Positions 62,201-64,000 of a stretch of 64,000 bases of DNA are shown one piece after another; within the stretch, counting starts at the first letter, position 1, and every line of letters starts with the position of its first letter. The notes below the pieces were generated by a model. That model saw nothing but the letters and a program-made list of their open reading frames with translations. It did not search any database and had not been told where the DNA came from. Source of the stretch: Phoronis australis (lineage: Eukaryota > Animalia > Phoronida); assembly GCA_002633005.1 (NCBI GenBank), contig NMRA01000073.1, positions 124,001 through 188,000 on the forward strand, written 5' to 3'. The translations under genes and the position numbers were made by a program.

Positions 62201-63768
62201 ATCAAATGACACTCACAGAATTACTCAATGTGCGGCCACTTTCACCGTCTGAAAGCCATGGGTGTCTTGTTTTCCAATCTTGCAGTTGATAGCTTTCAGT
62301 CCCTATACACTGTTATCTTTAAAAACCATTGGTTTACATTTCGGAACGAAGCTTTTTATTTTAGCCTTTTTACTATGGCAATTAAGTTAGCGTCCCAACA
62401 ATATGTAGAATTGTCGTGAGAACGTGACAGGGACCTCAGGGGTCTCACACTCCACTGATTTATCCACATTATTTTGAAAACTCTTTTCCCTGTCACACAT
62501 TGTGTGTCATAGAAGCATATCTGCAGCTGACGCAGCAAGTAGAACTACTCTCGTTTATCACATTGGTGTAGACTCACAGTTGAACTGTGGTTTTCTGTTA
62601 ACCCCAAACCATCCGGAGTTGCACCATATACCAACTCCGGACGGTCTCTCACGACGACTTAGCGTAAGGTGGTAACTTCCAAGGTCCAAACGGAAATTAC
62701 TGATTACCGCAATCAGGAGATTCAACACTTACTAGTTTGATTTGCACCACTTTGAAGCTTATATGTTAGGCTTGACCCAATTACCAACTGTCTTGAAGTA
62801 GTGCTGATTGTATTCTTGTGAAACTAGGTCGCCATGGGTCAAGGTCAGGCTGACATTGCCATGCAACTGCTTCATGACTGTGCCAGGAATGGCGAATGGC
62901 TGTGCTTGAAGAACCTGCATCTCGTCACTGCATGGCTGCCCACACTGGAGAAGGTGTGTAAATATGGTTACAGATGACTCACTACCCATGGTCATGTAAA
63001 AGGTTGAATCCTGGGTGAAATTGCAGTACATGGTATGCTGGAAAAGGCTATAGTCAGCATCTCTTTTTGAGCGAAAATATGCTAAGTCCACCCTGTGGCA
63101 AATGATTATACAGAGACTGCAACTGCTGTAGAACACTAGATGTTTATTGTGAGTAGCAAAAATGAACATCACCACTAAAAATGGCAGATGACAAAGAGCA
63201 AGCTAACAGCTTGGCAGCAACATTTGGCTGATCAGTGTAGCTGAACAAAACTGCTTCTTTACAAATTTTATATTTTAAAAGGTAACAGTTTTACCTGAAA
63301 TTTGATTGTCAGGGTGAACATTTACAAAAAAATAAATGGATGGTTGATAGTGGTGATGTAAGAGTGGAGAGTAAAGGAGTCGGTGCAAAATTCTTTGAAA
63401 GGTTAATTTTTTAAATCGATGGTGACAGGATTGTTGTGGTTGTTGAGTCTGAAAGGATGTTTTAGATAGTGTTGCATTAGGTATGTTTTTGTGTCTGTAC
63501 ATTGCACTAAACAGTTAGTGATTTGAAGATTCTTAACTTTCTTGCCCTTATCGTAATTATCACTTACAACTTATTATGCCATGATTATTGTTTGTCACTA
63601 TGAACTTGTTCTATGTGGTGATTCATCAAGTGAAATAATTGGTGCTGTGTATTGTAGGAAATGAATTCACTTGAACCTCATGAAAATTTCCGTCTCTGGC
63701 TAACAGCTGAGGTGCATCCTAAGTTCCCAACTATCCTACTGCAGTCTAGTCTGAAGATCACGTACGAG
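8038..63768 (+). CDS. DYNC2H1: Cytoplasmic dynein 2 heavy chain 1; 67 coding exons in window, 3' end beyond window
   Basis: Spliced peptides are colinear with human DYNC2H1 from the N-terminus ([25 protein letters not shown]) through tail, linker, AAA1 [11 protein letters not shown]2 [11 protein letters not shown]3 [11 protein letters not shown]4 GRCGVGRR, stalk/MTBD ([21 protein letters not shown]), AAA5 and AAA6 ([21 protein letters not shown]). All introns GT-AG with consistent phases. Confidence 0.98.
8656..8968 (+). CDS. DYNC2H1: DYNC2H1 coding exon 2
   Basis: [15 protein letters not shown]...[17 protein letters not shown]; AG/GT. Confidence 0.93.
9435..9701 (+). CDS. DYNC2H1: DYNC2H1 coding exon 3
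   Basis: [11 protein letters not shown]...RMAHLMDVI; AG/GT. Confidence 0.93.
10130..10362 (+). CDS. DYNC2H1: DYNC2H1 coding exon 4
   Basis: [12 protein letters not shown]...PHPWKGEKF...RLDE; AG/GT. Confidence 0.93.
10519..11895 (+). mobile_element. Non-autonomous Helentron/HINE (DINE-1-like) element with ~450-bp tandem core repeats
   Basis: 5' subTIR atgcgcc (10524) with nearby inverted ggacgcat, a GTCC-type microsatellite, ~3 core units (starting ~10671, 11121, 11581), 3' subTIR gggcgcat (11864) plus hairpin caacgc-tcc-gcgttg, T-rich flanks. Confidence 0.75.
12205..12527 (+). CDS. DYNC2H1: DYNC2H1 coding exon 5
   Basis: [10 protein letters not shown]...NPLQYNPYT...ELVTER; AG/GT. Confidence 0.93.
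12580..12790 (-). mobile_element. tRNA-derived SINE, degenerate copy
   Basis: Shares gctgaggagctaga-acctgactcaagggtc and a tRNA-like head with the copy at 42210-42446. Confidence 0.65.
13223..13370 (+). CDS. DYNC2H1: DYNC2H1 coding exon 6
   Basis: ETLLGQL...[20 protein letters not shown]; AG/GT. Confidence 0.93.
13661..13836 (+). CDS. DYNC2H1: DYNC2H1 coding exon 7
   Basis: [18 protein letters not shown]...QFDEWSRD; AG/GT. Confidence 0.93.
14003..14198 (+). CDS. DYNC2H1: DYNC2H1 coding exon 8
   Basis: [24 protein letters not shown]...ILKQ; AG/GT. Confidence 0.93.
14543..14651 (+). CDS. DYNC2H1: DYNC2H1 coding exon 9
   Basis: [12 protein letters not shown]...[13 protein letters not shown]; AG/GT. 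Confidence 0.93.
15349..15497 (+). CDS. DYNC2H1: DYNC2H1 coding exon 10
   Basis: [18 protein letters not shown]; AG/GT. Confidence 0.93.
15675..15773 (+). CDS. DYNC2H1: DYNC2H1 coding exon 11
   Basis: [20 protein letters not shown]; AG/GT. Confidence 0.92.
16351..16588 (+). CDS. DYNC2H1: DYNC2H1 coding exon 12
   Basis: [28 protein letters not shown]; AG/GT. Confidence 0.94.
17191..17321 (+). CDS. DYNC2H1: DYNC2H1 coding exon 13
   Basis: [13 protein letters not shown]; AG/GT. Confidence 0.92.
17681..17808 (+). CDS. DYNC2H1: DYNC2H1 coding exon 14
   Basis: [13 protein letters not shown]...EKNFKALK; AG/GT. Confidence 0.92.
18031..18274 (+). CDS. DYNC2H1: DYNC2H1 coding exon 15
   Basis: [19 protein letters not shown]...[11 protein letters not shown]; AG/GT. 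Confidence 0.93.
18708..18857 (+). CDS. DYNC2H1: DYNC2H1 coding exon 16
   Basis: [12 protein letters not shown]...[12 protein letters not shown]; AG/GT. Confidence 0.93.
19205..19262. repeat. 16-bp tandem repeat, ~3.5 copies
   Basis: Unit cactgtctgtggtggt. Confidence 0.8.
19680..19882 (+). CDS. DYNC2H1: DYNC2H1 coding exon 17
   Basis: IDVMKSNV...[14 protein letters not shown]; AG/GT. Confidence 0.92.
20582..20737 (+). CDS. DYNC2H1: DYNC2H1 coding exon 18
   Basis: [12 protein letters not shown]...EDWISF; AG/GT. Confidence 0.92.
20999..21110 (+). CDS. DYNC2H1: DYNC2H1 coding exon 19
   Basis: [13 protein letters not shown]...MTVRLQ; AG/GT. Confidence 0.92.
21594..21764 (+). CDS. DYNC2H1: DYNC2H1 coding exon 20
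   Basis: [19 protein letters not shown]; AG/GT. Confidence 0.92.
22452..22610 (+). CDS. DYNC2H1: DYNC2H1 coding exon 21
   Basis: [19 protein letters not shown]...[10 protein letters not shown]; AG/GT. Confidence 0.94.
23411..23634 (+). CDS. DYNC2H1: DYNC2H1 coding exon 22
   Basis: [17 protein letters not shown]...[11 protein letters not shown]; AG/GT. Confidence 0.95.
23976..24108 (+). CDS. DYNC2H1: DYNC2H1 coding exon 23
   Basis: [16 protein letters not shown]; AG/GT. Confidence 0.93.
24489..24719 (+). CDS. DYNC2H1: DYNC2H1 coding exon 24
   Basis: [22 protein letters not shown]; AG/GT. Confidence 0.95.
25612..25722 (+). CDS. DYNC2H1: DYNC2H1 coding exon 25
   Basis: [11 protein letters not shown]...YPSQ; AG/GT. 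Confidence 0.92.
26009..26280 (+). CDS. DYNC2H1: DYNC2H1 coding exon 26
   Basis: [11 protein letters not shown]...[11 protein letters not shown]...WQKQLR; AG/GT. Confidence 0.94.
26753..26889 (+). CDS. DYNC2H1: DYNC2H1 coding exon 27
   Basis: [27 protein letters not shown]; AG/GT. Confidence 0.95.
27408..27526 (+). CDS. DYNC2H1: DYNC2H1 coding exon 28 (AAA1 Walker A)
   Basis: [15 protein letters not shown]...VFNCDE; AG/GT. Confidence 0.96.
28247..28429 (+). CDS. DYNC2H1: DYNC2H1 coding exon 29 (AAA1 Walker B)
   Basis: [12 protein letters not shown]; AG/GT. Confidence 0.95.
28980..29203 (+). CDS. DYNC2H1: DYNC2H1 coding exon 30
   Basis: [27 protein letters not shown]; AG/GT. Confidence 0.95.
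29792..29901 (+). CDS. DYNC2H1: DYNC2H1 coding exon 31
   Basis: [13 protein letters not shown]...KKNSQG; ends in phase 1. Confidence 0.94.
30443..30612. repeat. Degenerate ~33-bp tandem repeat
   Basis: Unit approximately gggcttgtatgggacattagtgtataaaaccat, ~5 copies. Confidence 0.65.
31066..31263. repeat. 30-bp minisatellite, ~6.5 copies
   Basis: Unit catt(a/g)catgggcatatccaatatacatgct. Confidence 0.92.
31349..31450 (+). CDS. DYNC2H1: Candidate alternative cassette exon of DYNC2H1 (102 nt, phase 1-1)
   Basis: Long pyrimidine tract ...ctatccttag|TG...AAACA|gtgagt. Open in the dynein frame. Downstream TGCATG at 31470 and 31576. Confidence 0.45.
32370..32584 (+). CDS. DYNC2H1: DYNC2H1 coding exon 32
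   Basis: [17 protein letters not shown]...DVFP; AG/GT. Confidence 0.93.
33383..33559 (+). CDS. DYNC2H1: DYNC2H1 coding exon 33 (AAA2 Walker A)
   Basis: [19 protein letters not shown]...MNPKAMPR; AG/GT. Confidence 0.95.
33846..33933 (+). CDS. DYNC2H1: DYNC2H1 coding exon 34
   Basis: [18 protein letters not shown]; AG/GT. Confidence 0.94.
34416..34623 (+). CDS. DYNC2H1: DYNC2H1 coding exon 35
   Basis: [23 protein letters not shown]...[10 protein letters not shown]; AG/GT. Confidence 0.95.
34856..34985 (+). CDS. DYNC2H1: DYNC2H1 coding exon 36
   Basis: [14 protein letters not shown]...KALEWVLKK; AG/GT. Confidence 0.92.
35510..35605. repeat. 17-bp tandem repeat, ~5 copies
   Basis: Unit approximately tgtgatattgtgtcatg. 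Confidence 0.75.
36060..36215 (+). CDS. DYNC2H1: DYNC2H1 coding exon 37
   Basis: LNGLSHLHG...LIRGLGGNL; AG/GT. Confidence 0.93.
36285..36429 (+). mobile_element. 3' fragment of the 10519-11895 HINE family
   Basis: gggtgcattgcaatgctccgtgttgctcttg resembles gggcgcatttcaacgctccgcgttgctcttg; also gccatccagtggccattttt. Confidence 0.6.
36919..37017 (+). CDS. DYNC2H1: DYNC2H1 coding exon 38
   Basis: [21 protein letters not shown]; AG/GT. Confidence 0.92.
37932..38092 (+). CDS. DYNC2H1: DYNC2H1 coding exon 39 (AAA3 Walker A)
   Basis: [14 protein letters not shown]; AG/GT. Confidence 0.95.
38402..38648 (+). CDS. DYNC2H1: DYNC2H1 coding exon 40
   Basis: VHCSAQT...[18 protein letters not shown]; AG/GT. 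Confidence 0.95.
38936..39087 (+). CDS. DYNC2H1: DYNC2H1 coding exon 41
   Basis: [18 protein letters not shown]...[11 protein letters not shown]; AG/GT. Confidence 0.94.
39626..39770 (+). CDS. DYNC2H1: DYNC2H1 coding exon 42
   Basis: [15 protein letters not shown]; AG/GT. Confidence 0.93.
40199..40469 (+). CDS. DYNC2H1: DYNC2H1 coding exon 43
   Basis: [17 protein letters not shown]...[12 protein letters not shown]; AG/GT. Confidence 0.94.
41492..41632 (+). CDS. DYNC2H1: DYNC2H1 coding exon 44
   Basis: YFVTWGAR...[12 protein letters not shown]; AG/GT. Confidence 0.93.
41874..42106 (+). CDS. DYNC2H1: DYNC2H1 coding exon 45 (AAA4 Walker A-like)
   Basis: [17 protein letters not shown]...FKNDLK; AG/GT. 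Confidence 0.95.
42210..42446 (-). mobile_element. tRNA-derived SINE
   Basis: Minus strand gggaggcaatgcggctcaatggg (A box) ... ggttcgaatcc (B box), followed by cccttgagtcaggtatctagctcctcagc. Second copy at ~12580-12790. Confidence 0.75.
42700..42922 (+). CDS. DYNC2H1: DYNC2H1 coding exon 46
   Basis: [18 protein letters not shown]; AG/GT. Confidence 0.94.
43583..43725 (+). CDS. DYNC2H1: DYNC2H1 coding exon 47
   Basis: [12 protein letters not shown]...CESNPA; AG/GT. Confidence 0.93.
43953..44189 (+). CDS. DYNC2H1: DYNC2H1 coding exon 48
   Basis: IHESC...[10 protein letters not shown]...RQHHLQ; AG/GT. Confidence 0.93.
44559..44696 (+). CDS. DYNC2H1: DYNC2H1 coding exon 49 (stalk CC1)
   Basis: [17 protein letters not shown]; AG/GT. 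Confidence 0.93.
45270..46285 (+). mobile_element. Degenerate HINE-like repeat
   Basis: GTCT/GTCC-rich head, then recurring gatgaaatttggcac / cagatttcaatgaaac units and gtgccctccagtgg / gcaccccctagtggcc motifs, as in 10519-11895. Confidence 0.55.
46291..46897 (+). other. Duplicate of intron end plus truncated exon 50, ending at an N (probable haplotype/assembly duplication)
   Basis: Near-identical to 46984-47569. The exon copy 46671-46897 breaks exactly at the N (46898). One silent exon SNP, many intron SNPs and a ~21-bp indel. Confidence 0.8.
47343..47617 (+). CDS. DYNC2H1: DYNC2H1 coding exon 50 (stalk/MTBD)
   Basis: DASEQK...[32 protein letters not shown]...SWVSMK; AG/GT. Confidence 0.94.
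48148..48271 (+). CDS. DYNC2H1: DYNC2H1 coding exon 51
   Basis: [17 protein letters not shown]; AG/GT. Confidence 0.93.
48620..48741 (+). CDS. DYNC2H1: DYNC2H1 coding exon 52
   Basis: [15 protein letters not shown]...VLEKIEPLE; AG/GT. Confidence 0.93.
49007..49220 (+). CDS. DYNC2H1: DYNC2H1 coding exon 53
   Basis: NLQKAE...EAAKL...EYKRWSDQ; AG/GT. Confidence 0.93.
50331..50463 (+). CDS. DYNC2H1: DYNC2H1 coding exon 54
   Basis: [15 protein letters not shown]; AG/GT. Confidence 0.92.
50506..50860 (+). mobile_element. Fragment of the 10519-11895 HINE core repeat
   Basis: cagatctgactaccactgtgccacctagtggcagttttatttttt matches the core unit start. Confidence 0.7.
51400..51765 (+). mobile_element. 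Older fragment of the same HINE core repeat
   Basis: tttggatgaatccg...ccccctaatgtcaatt...gatattcatgacattt...cccctagaggct. Confidence 0.5.
51923..52041 (+). CDS. DYNC2H1: DYNC2H1 coding exon 55
   Basis: [24 protein letters not shown]...ENALVILQ; ends in phase 0. Confidence 0.95.
52691..52711 (+). CDS. DYNC2H1: Candidate 21-nt alternative microexon of DYNC2H1 (TNDMIAG)
   Basis: ttttatcTGCgcactgtag|ACCAACGACATGATTGCGGGG|gtaggt; phase 0-0. Same junction (ENALVILQ^S) and length as the human 7-aa microexon IIGLKSW. Confidence 0.65.
53895..53993 (+). CDS. DYNC2H1: DYNC2H1 coding exon 56
   Basis: [23 protein letters not shown]; AG/GT. Confidence 0.94.
54067..55528 (-). mobile_element. Second HINE/Helentron-like element with internal 316-bp tandem duplication
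   Basis: Perfect 13-bp subTIRs acttggcggaatt (54091) and aattccgccaagt (55514); terminal hairpin cgctc-agag-gagcg (54075-54088); direct repeats ~54186-54501 and ~54502-54819; CpG-rich. Confidence 0.75.
55799..55922 (+). CDS. DYNC2H1: DYNC2H1 coding exon 57
   Basis: [22 protein letters not shown]; AG/GT. Confidence 0.94.
55973..56023. repeat. 19-bp tandem repeat, ~2.7 copies
   Basis: Unit cttaattatgcccattaag. Confidence 0.8.
56328..56491 (+). CDS. DYNC2H1: DYNC2H1 coding exon 58
   Basis: [21 protein letters not shown]...[10 protein letters not shown]; AG/GT. Confidence 0.94.
56620..57503 (+). repeat. ~80-100-bp tandem array whose unit includes the exon 59 acceptor
   Basis: Unit approximately ataatctcaatgtgtttctccagctattgtctcttgaaacaccaacacttat(catacatatt)n. 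The last unit runs into the true exon start ctattggctcag. Confidence 0.9.
57498..57617 (+). CDS. DYNC2H1: DYNC2H1 coding exon 59
   Basis: [14 protein letters not shown]...[10 protein letters not shown]; AG/GT. Confidence 0.93.
58029..58163 (+). CDS. DYNC2H1: DYNC2H1 coding exon 60
   Basis: [19 protein letters not shown]; AG/GT. Confidence 0.93.
59001..59144 (+). CDS. DYNC2H1: DYNC2H1 coding exon 61
   Basis: [10 protein letters not shown]...[10 protein letters not shown]; AG/GT. Confidence 0.94.
59747..59902 (+). CDS. DYNC2H1: DYNC2H1 coding exon 62
   Basis: [19 protein letters not shown]; AG/GT. Confidence 0.93.
60733..60846 (+). CDS. DYNC2H1: DYNC2H1 coding exon 63
   Basis: [10 protein letters not shown]...PDWIDQER; AG/GT. 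Confidence 0.92.
61203..61407 (+). CDS. DYNC2H1: DYNC2H1 coding exon 64
   Basis: [16 protein letters not shown]; AG/GT. Confidence 0.92.
61733..61783. repeat. 21-bp tandem duplication
   Basis: gttgccagtgcatatctctta, ~2.3 copies. Confidence 0.75.
61899..62062 (+). CDS. DYNC2H1: DYNC2H1 coding exon 65
   Basis: [17 protein letters not shown]; AG/GT. Confidence 0.94.
62828..62953 (+). CDS. DYNC2H1: DYNC2H1 coding exon 66
   Basis: VAMGQGQAD...WLCLKNLHL; AG/GT. Confidence 0.94.
63658..63768 (+). CDS. DYNC2H1: DYNC2H1 coding exon 67
   Basis: [14 protein letters not shown]...SLKITYE; AG/GT. Confidence 0.94.
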
Positions 63769-64000
63769 GTAATCAGCTAACTTGACTGTGTTTATAGATG
63801 TAGTGTTCCTGGCATGAACGCATGTTCACACAACCACTACCATTGTAACTTGAAACCGTTCTCAGCTTATCGCAAACATTCTTGTTAACACGCTTCCTGG
63901 GGCCACATCTCTGCACTAAATTTGAATCTGAAACCTTCTGCTGTCCGTGCAGTTACACTCATTAGGTCATGTGATTTGGCCACAGGTGGTGTGCTGAGCA

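Noticed and set aside
8227-63657. Minor (U12) or non-canonical introns in DYNC2H1
   Set aside because: All 66 traced introns are GT-AG and none has a GTATCCT donor.

Overview
Eukaryotic, AT-rich, intron-rich animal DNA, probably from a marine invertebrate (inferred from repeat types and apparent heterozygosity). About 56 kb is one + strand gene, cytoplasmic dynein 2 heavy chain (DYNC2H1, the retrograde IFT motor). I traced 67 GT-AG coding exons from ATG 8038 to 63768. Their phases are consistent, they total about 11,451 nt (about 3,817 aa), and the gene continues past the window. A divergent - strand gene on the left has an exon encoding MPPRRRKK...KSKRAK, resembling the DCUN1D4/5 N-terminus; in human, DCUN1D5 is the head-to-head neighbour of DYNC2H1. 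Introns contain Helentron/HINE-like elements (one with a ~150-bp periodic array of CTCF-like motifs), tRNA-derived SINEs, a MITE and minisatellites. One probable haplotype-duplication artefact lies at the single N. Best leads: (1) a 21-nt microexon at the position of the human retina-type DYNC2H1 microexon, with a UGC motif before its acceptor; (2) in-frame cassette-exon candidates surrounded by TGCATG motifs in the AAA1 region; (3) tandem arrays built from copies of an exon's own splice sites. All homology statements are from memory of the human proteins; no search was run.
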